A stretch of DNA of 64,000 nt from an uncultured Acidimicrobiia bacterium (GTDB taxonomy: Bacteria > Actinomycetota > Acidimicrobiia > Acidimicrobiales > AC-14). Shown here piece after piece: positions 1-9,591 of the stretch. The stretch lies in assembly GCA_963836205.1 (NCBI GenBank), contig CAWIIV010000024.1:96001-160000 (forward strand), given 5' to 3'. Numbering within the stretch: the stretch's first letter is position 1; each line of letters starts with the position of its first letter. The position numbers and the translations under genes are program-made. Under the pieces are notes generated by a model. The model did no database searches and was not told where the DNA came from. It saw only the letters and a list, made by a program, of their open reading frames with translations.

Positions 1-2574
1 TTCCTGCGGGAGGTCGACGGCTGGCCCGACTCGCGGCTCACCGACGAGTGCTCGTTGGACGGGCTGGCGGTGAAGAACCTGCGGGCCTACCTGGACGAGG
101 AGCGGTCGGTGACGGGGGGCGTGCTGCCCACCGACCGCCAGATCGTGGTCGAGCGCTTCCGCGACGAGCTGGGCGACTGGCGGGTGTGCCTGCTCTCCCC
201 GTTCGGCGGACGGGTGCACGCCCCGTGGGCGCTGGCCATCGAGGCCCGGGTGCGCGACCGGCTGGGGCTCGAGGTGCAGACGATGTGGAGCGACGACGGC
301 ATCGTCGTCCGCCTGCCCGAGGCCGACGAGGCCCCGCCCCTCGACATGGTGGTCGTCGACCCCGACGAGGTTGAGGAGCTGGTGGTGGGCGAGCTGGCCA
401 ACTCGGCCCTGTTCGCCTCCCGGTTCCGGGAGAACGCGGCCCGGGCGCTGCTGCTGCCCCGTCGTCGCCCGGGCCAACGCACGCCGCTGTGGCAGATGCG
501 GCAGCGGTCGGCCGACCTGCTGGCGGTGGCGTCGAAGCATGGCGAGTTCCCGATCTTGTTGGAGACCTACCGAGAGTGCCTGCGCGACGTCTTCGACCTG
601 CCCGCGCTGACGGAGATCCTGGCCGGGATCCGGTCGCGAACGGTGCGGTTGGTGTCGGTGGAGACGGCCGCCCCGTCGCCCTTCGCCGCTTCGCTGGCCT
701 TCGCCTACGTGGCCAACTTCCTGTACGACGGGGATTCGCCCCTGGCCGAGCGCCGGGCCCAGGCCCTGACGCTCGACCGGGAGATGCTCGCCGACCTCCT
801 GGGTGCGGAGGAGCTGCGGGAGCTGGTCGACCCGGGGGCGCTGGCCTCGTTGGAGGACCAGCTCCAGTGCCTCGACGATCGTTACTGGGCCCGTTCGGCC
901 GACGAGGCCTCCGACCTGCTACGGCGGCTGGGCGACCTCACCCGGGAGGAGCTGCGAGCCCGGTCGACGGCCGACTTCGCCGATTCGTTGCTGCGCGACC
1001 GGCGGGCGGTGGAGCTGAAGATCGGCGGGGAGCTGCGCTTGATCGCGGCGGAAGACGCCGGCCGCTACCGCGACGCGTTGGGCGCCCAGCCGCCTCCGGG
1101 CCTGCCCGACGCCTTCCTCCTGCCCGTCGACGACCCTCTGGGCTCGTTGCTCGGCCGGTGGGCCCGCACCCACGGGCCCTTCCTCACGGCCGAGCCGGCG
1201 GCCCGGTTCGCCCTGCCGGTGGGCGTGGTGGAGGGGCTGCTGGCGGCCCGGGCCGACCGGGGTGTGCTGCTGCGGGGCGAGTTCCGGCCCGAGGGGCGGG
1301 AGCGGGAGTGGTGCGACCCCGAGGTGCTGCGGTCGCTGCGGCAACGGTCGCTGGCCGCGTTGCGCAAGGAGGTCGAGCCGGTCGAGGCGCCGGTGCTGGC
1401 CCGCTTCCTCCCCGAGTGGCAGGGCGTGGGCTCCGACGCCCGGGGCGTCGACCGGCTGGTCGAGGTCGCCCGCCAGCTCCAGGGGGTTTCGATCCCCGCG
1501 TCAGTCCTCGAGCGCGACGTGTTGTCGGCCCGGGTGTCCGACTGGTCCCCCCGGTTGCTCGACGAGCTGGCCGCCGCGGGCGAGGTGGCGTGGGTCGGCG
1601 CGGGGCCCTTGGGACGCGACGACGGCAAGGTCCTGCTCTTCCTCCGGGGCCAGGCGGCGGCCCTGCGACCGGTCGGGGGCGGCGGCGGGGGCGACCGCCC
1701 GTCCGACCCCGAGCACGACCGCATCCGGGAGTTCCTCGCCCGGCGGGGGGCGTGCTTCTTCCGGGAGCTGGCCGGCGCCGACGACAAGGCGTCACTCACC
1801 GCCCTCTGGGATCTGGTGTGGGCGGGCGAGGTCACCAACGACTCCTTCGCCGCCCTCCGGGCGTTCGTGTCGGGCACCGCCCGGCGGACGGGCAGCGCCA
1901 ACAAGCGTCCCCGTCCCGGCTCGTTGACCGTGCTCGGCCCCCCCAAGGCCCAGGGCCGGTGGGCGCTGGTGGAGGCCGAGCTGCCCCTGGGCGACGTCAC
2001 CCCCACCGAGCGGTCGTACGCGCTGTCGGCCGCGCTGCTCGACCGCCACGGCGTGCTCACCCGGGAGGCGGTGCGGGGCGAGGGCCACGGCGGCGGGTTC
2101 GCGGCCGTGTACCCGGTGCTGCGGACGATGGAAGAGTCGGGCCGGGCCCGGCGGGGCTACTTCGTGGCCGGCCTGGGCGGAGCCCAGTTCGCCCTGCCGG
2201 GTGCGGTCGACCGGCTGCGCGCCCGCCGGGAGGCCACCGGCGAGGTGCTCGTGCTGGCCGCCACCGACCCCGCCAACGCCTACGGGGTGTCCCTGCCGTG
2301 GCCGGTGCCCGGCCCCCGGCGGGTGGCGGGCGCCTACGTGGTGTTGGTCGACGGGCTGGCCTCGCTCTACGTGGAGAAGGGCGCCAAGTCCCTGGTGGCC
2401 CTCCGCCCCTTCGACGACACGTGGGAGGAGCTCGCCGTGGGCGCCCTCGACGGCCTGGTGGCCAGCGGCCGCGTCCGCCGCCTCGCCGTCGAGCGCTTCG
2501 ACGACGCCCTGGCGCCGGTGCTGCGCGCCGCCGGCTTCGTCCCGTCCCCACGGGGCCTGGTCCGCTATGCCTGA
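1..2574 (+). CDS. lhr: Lhr-family ATP-dependent helicase, C-terminal part (5' end outside window)
   Basis: Open frame from base 1. Motifs PTDRQIVVERFRDELGDWR, SPFGGRVHAPW, RRGYFVAGLGGAQF and ATDPANAYG are typical of long actinobacterial Lhr. Followed by nei, the usual pairing. Confidence 0.9.
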   Translation, partial: FLREVDGWPDSRLTDECSLDGLAVKNLRAYLDEERSVTGGVLPTDRQIVVERFRDELGDWRVCLLSPFGGRVHAPWALAIEARVRDRLGLEVQTMWSDDGIVVRLPEADEAPPLDMVVVDPDEVEELVVGELANSALFASRFRENAARALLLPRRRPGQRTPLWQMRQRSADLLAVASKHGEFPILLETYRECLRDVFDLPALTEILAGIRSRTVRLVSVETAAPSPFAASLAFAYVANFLYDGDSPLAERRAQALTLDREMLADLLGAEELRELVDPGALASLEDQLQCLDDRYWARSADEASDLLRRLGDLTREELRARSTADFADSLLRDRRAVELKIGGELRLIAAEDAGRYRDALGAQPPPGLPDAFLLPVDDPLGSLLGRWARTHGPFLTAEPAARFALPVGVVEGLLAARADRGVLLRGEFRPEGREREWCDPEVLRSLRQRSLAALRKEVEPVEAPVLARFLPEWQGVGSDARGVDRLVEVARQLQGVSIPASVLERDVLSARVSDWSPRLLDELAAAGEVAWVGAGPLGRDDGKVLLFLRGQAAALRPVGGGGGGDRPSDPEHDRIREFLARRGACFFRELAGADDKASLTALWDLVWAGEVTNDSFAALRAFVSGTARRTGSANKRPRPGSLTVLGPPKAQGRWALVEAELPLGDVTPTERSYALSAALLDRHGVLTREAVRGEGHGGGFAAVYPVLRTMEESGRARRGYFVAGLGGAQFALPGAVDRLRARREATGEVLVLAATDPANAYGVSLPWPVPGPRRVAGAYVVLVDGLASLYVEKGAKSLVALRPFDDTWEELAVGALDGLVASGRVRRLAVERFDDALAPVLRAAGFVPSPRGLVRYA

Positions 2575-2577
2575 CCC

Positions 2578-2696
2578 TCGAACCGGTGACGCGCGAGGTC
2601 GTCTGGCGACCCTTACCGTCACCGGTTGGAGGGAGCGGCGAACTGGTGACGCGCGAGGTCGTCTGGCGACCCTTACCGTCACCGGTTGGAGGGAGC
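2578..2696. repeat. Two tandem 60-bp units, each a REP-like hairpin (AACCGGTGACG...CGTCACCGGTT)
   Basis: 2581-2640 and 2641-2700 are nearly identical. Each has terminal inverted arms and an inner GGTCG/CGACC stem. Confidence 0.9.
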
Positions 2697-3602
2697 GTGC
2701 CTGAGGGCGACACCCTCGCCCGGACGTCGGCCACCCTCCACCGGTGGTTGGCCGGGCGGGAGATCACCGCCGCCACCACCCGGGTGGAGGGCTTCCCGGC
2801 CGACCGGCTCGTCGGACGCCGGATCGATGCCGTCGACGCCTGGGGCAAGAACCTCATGATCCGCCTCGACGGCGGCCAGATCCTGCATACGCACATGCGC
2901 ATGACCGGGTCGTGGCACGTCTACCCGGCGGGGCAGCCGTGGCGGCGGCCCGAGCGCCAGGCGCGGCTCGTCCTCACGTGCGGCGACCGGGTGGCGGTGT
3001 GCTTCAACGCACCCGTCGTCAAGCTCCTCCAGCCCGGCGCAGAGACCCGCCACCCGGCGCTCGGGAATCTCGGCCCCGACGTCCTGGTCGAGCCCCTCGA
3101 CGTGGCCGACGTCCTCCGCCGCGCTCGGGCCGGCCCGCCCGATCGTCCCCTGGGCGAGCTCCTCCTCGACCAACGGGTGGTGGCCGGGATCGGCAACATC
3201 TGGCGGTGCGAGGCCCTCTTCGTCGAGGCCCACAACCCGTGGATGCCGGTCTCGGCCATCACCGACGGGCAGCTCACGGCCCTGGTGACCACCGCCGGCC
3301 GGCTCATGCGAGCCAGCGTCACGTCCCGCACCGGCGTCCCCGAGGTCCGCAATGTCTACCGCCGGGCGGGCCAGCCGTGCCACCGCTGTCGAACCCCGGT
3401 GAAGTCCCGTCGCCAGGGCGAGCAGGCCCGCACCGCCTACTGGTGCCCCACCTGCCAGCCCGCGCCGGCCCCCGCCGGACCGCCCGCCCCCGCCGGACCG
3501 CCCGCCCCCGCCCCCGCACCGGCAACATCGGCCGCACCGGCCCCCGCCGGCCGGCCGGCTCCCGCACCGGCCGGCCCCGCACCACCGGCCGTTGCCACTT
3601 GA
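2697..3602 (+). CDS. nei: Fpg/Nei family DNA glycosylase (Nei2-like) with Pro/Ala tail
   Basis: GTG start then PEGD; HMRMTGSW, LLDQRVVAGIGNIW, zinc finger CHRC...CPTC. Confidence 0.9.
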   Translation: MPEGDTLARTSATLHRWLAGREITAATTRVEGFPADRLVGRRIDAVDAWGKNLMIRLDGGQILHTHMRMTGSWHVYPAGQPWRRPERQARLVLTCGDRVAVCFNAPVVKLLQPGAETRHPALGNLGPDVLVEPLDVADVLRRARAGPPDRPLGELLLDQRVVAGIGNIWRCEALFVEAHNPWMPVSAITDGQLTALVTTAGRLMRASVTSRTGVPEVRNVYRRAGQPCHRCRTPVKSRRQGEQARTAYWCPTCQPAPAPAGPPAPAGPPAPAPAPATSAAPAPAGRPAPAPAGPAPPAVAT

Positions 3603-4864
3603 GGCAACCCCGGCGCCGGCTCCTGGCCGACATCTCGCCGCTCAAGGAATCCCGCGACTTCCGGCTGCTCTTCATCGGCAACGCCGTCTCCTACCTCGGC
3701 CGGCAGCTGACGGTGGTGGCGATCCCGTTCCAGGTCTACCTGCTCACCAACTCGTCCTTGGCCGTCGGACTCACCGGGCTGGCCTCCCTCGGACCCCTTG
3801 TCGTCATGTCCCTCGTCGGTGGGGCCATGGCCGACGCCTTCGACCGGCGCAAGCTGCTCCTCCTCAACGTGGTGGCTCAGGCTGCCACCAGCGTGGCGCT
3901 CGCCGTCAACGCGTCCCTCGACCACCCCGCCCTGTGGCCGCTCTACGTCCTGGGGGCACTCAACGCCGGCCTGTGGGGGATCGACCTGCCCACCCGCAAC
4001 GCCATGATCCCGGGGATGGTGTCCCGCCAGCAGTTCCCGGCCGCGGCCGCCCTCGGCCAGCTCGTCTTCCAGCTGGGCCAGGTGGCGGGACCGGCCCTCG
4101 CCGGCATCGTGATCTCCCAGGTCGACCTGGCCGCCGCCTACTGGCTCGACGCCGTCAGCTACGGCGCCGCCTTCGTCGCCCTGATCCTCATCCAGCCCCA
4201 GCCCCCGGCCGGCGGGGGGACCAAGGCCGGCCTGGCCTCGGTGAAGGAGGGACTGGCGTTCCTCAAGGGCCGCCGCCTGCTGCTCAGCACCTTCCTCATC
4301 GACATCAACGCCATGGTCTTCGGCATGCCCCGGGCCCTCTTCCCCGCCCTCGGCACCGGCCTCTTCGGCGGCGGGGCGACCACCGTCGGCCTCCTTTACG
4401 CCGCCCCCGGGGCGGGCGCCCTCCTCGGCGCCCTCTTCACCGGCTGGGTCGGCGGCGTCCGCCGCCAGGGCCGAGTCGTCGTCGTCTCGGTGCTGTTGTG
4501 GGGCGCCGCCATCGCCGCCTTCGGCCTCGTCCCGTGGCTGCCGCTCGGCCTCGTCCTGCTCGCCGTCGCGGGCGCGGCCGACGTGGTCAGCGCCGTCTTC
4601 CGCAACACCATCCTTCAGATGAGCGTCCCCGACGGCCTCCGGGGACGCCTCAACTCCGTCCACATCGCGGTGGTCACCGGCGGCCCCGCCCTGGGCGACG
4701 CCGAGGCGGGAGCGGCCGCCGCGCTGACCACCCCCCGGATATCGGTAGTCTCCGGGGGTCTGGCATGCATGCTCGGCGTGCTGCTGCTGGTGAGATGGGT
4801 GCCGGAATTGTCCCGGTACGATGCGGCCGTGGAGGGGAGCCCAGTGGGTGACGCGGATGGCTGA
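3599..4864 (+). CDS. MFS transporter (EntS-like)
   Basis: TTG start overlaps the nei stop; about 12 hydrophobic segments; motif GAMADAFDRRKLL. Confidence 0.85.
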   Translation: MRQPRRRLLADISPLKESRDFRLLFIGNAVSYLGRQLTVVAIPFQVYLLTNSSLAVGLTGLASLGPLVVMSLVGGAMADAFDRRKLLLLNVVAQAATSVALAVNASLDHPALWPLYVLGALNAGLWGIDLPTRNAMIPGMVSRQQFPAAAALGQLVFQLGQVAGPALAGIVISQVDLAAAYWLDAVSYGAAFVALILIQPQPPAGGGTKAGLASVKEGLAFLKGRRLLLSTFLIDINAMVFGMPRALFPALGTGLFGGGATTVGLLYAAPGAGALLGALFTGWVGGVRRQGRVVVVSVLLWGAAIAAFGLVPWLPLGLVLLAVAGAADVVSAVFRNTILQMSVPDGLRGRLNSVHIAVVTGGPALGDAEAGAAAALTTPRISVVSGGLACMLGVLLLVRWVPELSRYDAAVEGSPVGDADG

Positions 4865-6404
4865 GAAGACGCGCGTGCGGTCGGTGGCCGACCTCATGAC
4901 GAAGGACGTCCTGACGGTGGCGGCGTCGGACACCGTGGCCAGCGCGTGCGGGCGCATGCTCGAACGGGGCGTGGGCTCGGTGATCGTGGTCGACGGAAAC
5001 CGGGCGGTCGGAATCCTCACCGAACGCGACCTGGTGCGGGTGGCGGGCGCGGGGGCGGAGCCGGCCAGTGCCCTGGTGTCGGAGTGGATGACGCCCGACC
5101 CCGACACGGTGAAGGCCACCGACGACATCGACGACGCCTTCAAGAGCCTCAAGGCCCACGGCTACCGCCACTTCCCGGTGGTCGACGGCGACCTCCTGGT
5201 CGGCATCGTGTCCATGCGCGACATGCTCAAGCTGGCGCCGATTCTCCCCGTCCAGCACCCGGGGGCCATCGAGGCCAAGCGGGGCCTGGAGGGCATCGTG
5301 GTGGCGGAGACGTCGGTGGGCGACGTCCGGGGGATGGAGGGCTTCTACCACTACCGCCAGTACAACGCGGTGGAGCTGGCCGAGAAGCGCAGCCTGGAAG
5401 ACGTCTGGCACCTCCTCTACGAGGGACACCTGCCCTCCCACGACGAGCGGGAGGCGTTCGCCGACGAGATCCGCTCGCTGCGAGCCATCCCCGACGCGGT
5501 CAAGGACATGCTCCCCATCATCGCCAACGCGGGCGAGCACTTCACCCCCCTCGACGCCCTCCGCACCGCCTACTCCGCCCTCGCCTACGCGGCCGACTTC
5601 AAGTCGTGGATGGACATCGACGCCGCCACCCTGCGGGCCAACGCCATGCAGACGAGCGCGGTCATGCCCACGCTCATCATGGCCCTCTACCGCCTCAACC
5701 AGGGCCTCGACCCGATCGACCCCCACCCCGACCTGGCCTACGCGGCCAACTACCTCTACATGCTCACCGGCGAGGTCCCCGACCCCGGCTACGCCCGGGC
5801 CATCGAGCAGTACCTCATCTCCACCACCGACCACGGCTTCAACTCGTCGACGTTCACCGCCCGGGTGATCACGTCCACCGGTGCCGACCTGGGCTCGGCG
5901 GTGGTGGGTGCCATCGGCGCCCTGTCGGGGCCGTTGCACGGTGGCGCCCCCAGCCGGGCCCTCGACATGCTCGACGCCATCGGCACCCCCGACAAGACCG
6001 ACGCCTGGGTGCGCGACGCCATCACCCGAGGCGAGCGCATCATGGGCTTCGGGCACCGCATCTACAAGACCGACGACCCCCGCTCGCTCATGCTCCGGGG
6101 CGTGGCCGAGCGCCTGGGCGGGCCGATGGTCGACTTCGCCAAGCAGGTGGAGACGACGGTGGTCGAGGTGCTGGCCGAGCTCAAGCCGGGGCGCGCCCTC
6201 TACGCCAACGTCGAGTTCTACGCGGGCGTGGTGATGGACAAGGTGGGCCTGCCCCGCAGCCTGTTCACGCCCACGTTCACGTCGAGCCGGGTGATCGGCT
6301 GGACGGCCCACGTGCTCGAGCAGGCGGCCGACAACCGCCTCATCCGACCCTCGGCCCACTACGAGGGCCCGCCGCCGCCCGAGCCGGTGCCCGACGCCGA
6401 CTGA
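4857..6404 (+). CDS. CBS-pair domain fused to citrate/2-methylcitrate synthase
   Basis: N-terminal CBS motifs (VGILTERDLV, VGIVSMRDML), then DHGFNSSTF, GPLHGGA, GFGHRIY, NVEFY. Confidence 0.88.
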   Translation: MAEKTRVRSVADLMTKDVLTVAASDTVASACGRMLERGVGSVIVVDGNRAVGILTERDLVRVAGAGAEPASALVSEWMTPDPDTVKATDDIDDAFKSLKAHGYRHFPVVDGDLLVGIVSMRDMLKLAPILPVQHPGAIEAKRGLEGIVVAETSVGDVRGMEGFYHYRQYNAVELAEKRSLEDVWHLLYEGHLPSHDEREAFADEIRSLRAIPDAVKDMLPIIANAGEHFTPLDALRTAYSALAYAADFKSWMDIDAATLRANAMQTSAVMPTLIMALYRLNQGLDPIDPHPDLAYAANYLYMLTGEVPDPGYARAIEQYLISTTDHGFNSSTFTARVITSTGADLGSAVVGAIGALSGPLHGGAPSRALDMLDAIGTPDKTDAWVRDAITRGERIMGFGHRIYKTDDPRSLMLRGVAERLGGPMVDFAKQVETTVVEVLAELKPGRALYANVEFYAGVVMDKVGLPRSLFTPTFTSSRVIGWTAHVLEQAADNRLIRPSAHYEGPPPPEPVPDAD

Positions 6405-6405
6405 C

Positions 6406-6903
6406 GTGCCAGAGGGTCGAGTCCCGGAAGGTCGAGCCCCGGAAGGTCGAGTCCAGGAGATCACCGAGGTCACGACGGAGGTGGTGGAGGCGATGGCCCG
6501 GTTGGTGCCGCAGCTGTCGCGGACGGCACCGGTGCCCACGGACGACGAGCTGGCCGAGCTCGTCTCGTCACCCGCCACCGTGCTTTTGGCCGCCCGGTCC
6601 GACGGCGGCCGCATCGTCGGGCTGCTCACGCTGGTCCTGTTCCGCATCCCCACCGGTGTGCGGGCGTGGATCGAGGACGTCGTCGTCGACCAGTCGGCGC
6701 GGGGCCAGGGGATGGGGGAGGCCCTCATCCGGGACGCGGTCCGCCGGGCGGTGGCCGCCGGCTCCCGCACCGTCGATCTCACCTCCCGCCCGGCCCGGGA
6801 GTCCGCCAACCGGCTCTACCGCCGCGTCGGGTTCGTCGAGCGGGACACCAACGTCTACCGCTTCGACCCGCGGTCGCCCACCCCTCCGCCGACGCCCGGG
6901 TAA
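6406..6903 (+). CDS. GNAT family acetyltransferase
   Basis: IEDVVVDQSARGQGMG acetyl-CoA motif; ANRLYRRVGF. Confidence 0.85.
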   Translation: MPEGRVPEGRAPEGRVQEITEVTTEVVEAMARLVPQLSRTAPVPTDDELAELVSSPATVLLAARSDGGRIVGLLTLVLFRIPTGVRAWIEDVVVDQSARGQGMGEALIRDAVRRAVAAGSRTVDLTSRPARESANRLYRRVGFVERDTNVYRFDPRSPTPPPTPG

Positions 6904-6956
6904 GGACGGTCCCGCCCGTAGAATTCGGCCATGACGCAGTCGGCGACGCTCCCCCG

Positions 6957-7439
6957 ATGACGCTGGTGCGGCCCCGGTGCCGCATCTACAGCGTCGGCTA
7001 CGAAGGCACGACCGTCGAGGAGCTGGCCGACCGGTTGGCCCACCACGGGGTGTCGTTGCTGGTCGACGTCCGCCTCCAGCCGTGGAGCCGGCGCCCGGGG
7101 TTCTCCCGCCAGCCGCTGTCGGTGGCGCTGGCGATGGCCGGCATCGAGTACGTCCACGAGCCGCTGTTCGGCAACCCGCTGGAGAACCGGGAGGCGTACC
7201 GGCAGGGTGATCCCGCGGCGGTGCAGGTGGTGCGGGAACGGGTGGAGCGCAACGGCCAGGTGGCGCTCGACAAGCTCATCCGGGAGGCCCGGTACCGCGA
7301 CGTGGCCGTGCTGTGCGTCGAACGGGAGTCGAGTCGCTGCCACCGGCGGGTCATCACCGATCTGGCCAAGGACAAGGTCCTCGGACTGGAGATCGTCGAC
7401 CTCGACCTTTCCGCAGAACCCTCTCTCGACCTCGCCTGA
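6957..7439 (+). CDS. DUF488 family protein
   Basis: IYSVGYEG, LLVDVR, LCVE...CHRRVI motifs. Confidence 0.8.
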   Translation: MTLVRPRCRIYSVGYEGTTVEELADRLAHHGVSLLVDVRLQPWSRRPGFSRQPLSVALAMAGIEYVHEPLFGNPLENREAYRQGDPAAVQVVRERVERNGQVALDKLIREARYRDVAVLCVERESSRCHRRVITDLAKDKVLGLEIVDLDLSAEPSLDLA

Positions 7440-7808
7440 TCAGGCCGCGGGCGGGTCGTCGGCGCATTCCTCCTCGGCCGCCTCGGCGGTGGCGTAGACG
7501 GGGAGGACCTGGTCGAGGCCGGTGACCCTGAACACCTTCCGGATCGACGTTTGGCCCGGGTCGAGCACGACGCACAGGCTCTTGTCGCCGGAACCGAGTT
7601 GCTTGCGGGCGGCGATGATCACGCCGAGCGCGACCGACTCGATGAACGTCACCCGGCGCAGGTCGAGGACCAGCCGCCGGGCGCCGTCGGCGATCACCGA
7701 TTGCAACCTCTGCCGGAGCATGGGGGCGGTCGAGGCGTCGAGATCCCCGCGGACCGAGACCGTCGCCTGCGTCCCCGACGTCCGAGCGTGCACGCTGAAG
7801 TCGTCCAT
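7440..7808 (-). CDS. STAS-domain anti-sigma factor antagonist
   Basis: GDLDASTAP, LVLDLRRVTFIESVALG, VFRVTGL. Confidence 0.85.
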   Translation of the reverse strand: MDDFSVHARTSGTQATVSVRGDLDASTAPMLRQRLQSVIADGARRLVLDLRRVTFIESVALGVIIAARKQLGSGDKSLCVVLDPGQTSIRKVFRVTGLDQVLPVYATAEAAEEECADDPPAA

Positions 7809-8073
7809 CGGAGCCCCTCCCCGGTCGCGCAGGCTAGCCAGAGGACGGCCGGCTGTCACCCTCGCCCATCCCGCCGAACCGGTGGCGTCCAGGCGGGCCA
7901 TCGGTCGGATGGAAGGGCAGGGCCCCGCCGTCGCCGTCGCCGTCGATGTCGGTGAGGCCAGGCGCGAGGTGGTACGGGCCGCGGCCGGCTCATGCGGGAC
8001 CGGCCGACAGCCGACGCCGGTTAGACCTTGGCCAAGGGCTCGCCCGGTCGGTCGGCGTCGATGGGCATGCCGT

Positions 8074-9558
8074 TCATCCGGCGCCCGGTCGTTTTCGACG
8101 ACACCAATGTGCGCCCACGAGGATCGCCACCGCCAAGAGGAGCACCGGAGCCGGTCCGAGGGCGACGAAGAGGGTGCGTCCGGTGCGCAGCTGGACGTCG
8201 TGGCGGAGGACGGCCGGCCCGCCCAGGGCGCTCCGGGCGAGGACCTGCCCGTCGTGGTCGATGACGGCCGAGTAGCCGGTGGGCGCCGCCTGCAACACCC
8301 ACCGGCCGGTCTCCAGCGCCCGGAGCCGGGCCACCGCCACCTGCTGGGCGGGAACCTGGGCGTCGCGGTACGACGAGGCGTTGGTGGGGACGAGCAGGAG
8401 CCGGCCGCCCGCCCGCGCCGCGGCCCGGCCCCGGTCGGCGAAGAAGACCTCGTAGGAGATGAGGACGCCGAAGCGTCCCGCGGGGGTGTCGACGACGCCC
8501 GGGCCCGTGCCCGCAACCGCGTCCCGAGGCACGGCCGACACGTCGGCCAGGCGGGCGAAGAACGGGCGGGCGGGGATGTACTCGCCGAACGGCACCCGGT
8601 GGACCTTGTCGTACCGGTCGACGACCCGCCCGTCGGGGGCGAAAACGACGGAGGCGTTGCGGAAGCGGTCGTCGTCGACGTCCTCCGTGATCCCCACGAT
8701 CAGGGTCGTGCCCAACTCCCTCGCCAGCGCGGCGAGCGCCTGCTCCTCCGGGGAGCCGGCGAACGAGGCCACGTCGACCACGTCCTCCGGCCACAGGACG
8801 ACATCCGCCCCCGGACCGACCGCGGCCGAGGACGCCAGGTGGACCTCGAAGACAGGCGCGGCCTCGTTTTCGACCGCCCGCAGACCCCGCTCGCCGCCCC
8901 CCTGGACGGCAGCAACCGTGATCTCCCCGTCGTACCGCCCGGCTGGCGCGACCGACCCACCGAGGGCGGCGGCCACCACGAGCGCCGCCCCGACTGCCAC
9001 CGGGACGAGGCCGGCGCGTTTTCGGCGCACGGCCGTGGCCACCGCCGCGCCGGCCAGCGCGACCAGGCCGACCAGGAGCAGCCGGCCACCGAGGCGGGCG
9101 GCGGGGGCCAGCGGACCGGCGACCTGGCCCAACTCGATACCCGCGAGGGGCAGTCCGCCGAAGGGCCACACCCCCCGCACCGCCTCGGCCAGCACCACGG
9201 CGGCGGGGAAGGCGGCCATTCGCCAGCCGACCGGAGAGGCTCGGGCGGTGCTCGTCGACCCCGGCATCATCGCCATGGCGCCGGCCAGGATGGCGGCCTC
9301 CAGCCCGGCCGCGGCCACGAAGCCGGGCACGCTGAAGTCGCGCATCCACCACAGGCCGGGGACGTAGAGGCCGAGCCCGGCGGCCATCCCCGCTCCCAGG
9401 CGGGCCCGCAGCCGGCGGCCGTCGACGGCGGCGAAGACCAGGGCCGCCCCGGCCAGCCCGAGCACCCAGGTGCCGGTGGACCCGGGCCACGGCGGCAGGC
9501 TGAGCGCGAGGAGAAGCCCGCCGAGCGCGGCCGTCGCCAGCGTGCCGAGCGCGCTCAC
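8074..9558 (-). CDS. lnt: Apolipoprotein N-acyltransferase
   Basis: AAGGAGG RBS; TM N-terminus; WPE, YDKVHRVPFGEYIP, ISYE, TNASSY, PTGYSA. Confidence 0.88.
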   Translation of the reverse strand: MSALGTLATAALGGLLLALSLPPWPGSTGTWVLGLAGAALVFAAVDGRRLRARLGAGMAAGLGLYVPGLWWMRDFSVPGFVAAAGLEAAILAGAMAMMPGSTSTARASPVGWRMAAFPAAVVLAEAVRGVWPFGGLPLAGIELGQVAGPLAPAARLGGRLLLVGLVALAGAAVATAVRRKRAGLVPVAVGAALVVAAALGGSVAPAGRYDGEITVAAVQGGGERGLRAVENEAAPVFEVHLASSAAVGPGADVVLWPEDVVDVASFAGSPEEQALAALARELGTTLIVGITEDVDDDRFRNASVVFAPDGRVVDRYDKVHRVPFGEYIPARPFFARLADVSAVPRDAVAGTGPGVVDTPAGRFGVLISYEVFFADRGRAAARAGGRLLLVPTNASSYRDAQVPAQQVAVARLRALETGRWVLQAAPTGYSAVIDHDGQVLARSALGGPAVLRHDVQLRTGRTLFVALGPAPVLLLAVAILVGAHWCRRKRPGAG

Positions 9559-9591
9559 GATGGCCTCCTTGCCGTGGTAGTCCTGGGGTGT

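Noticed and set aside
489-2696. N-terminal extension making a 1037-aa Nei
   Set aside because: Shadow frame over lhr. Nei needs an N-terminal Pro, which fixes the start at 2697.
2578-2700. Possible mini-CRISPR
   Set aside because: Only two abutting 60-bp units with no unique spacer, and no cas genes in the window.
7522-9591. 1100-aa P450 ORF extension
   Set aside because: Antisense to lnt and the STAS gene; P450 similarity begins at 9592.
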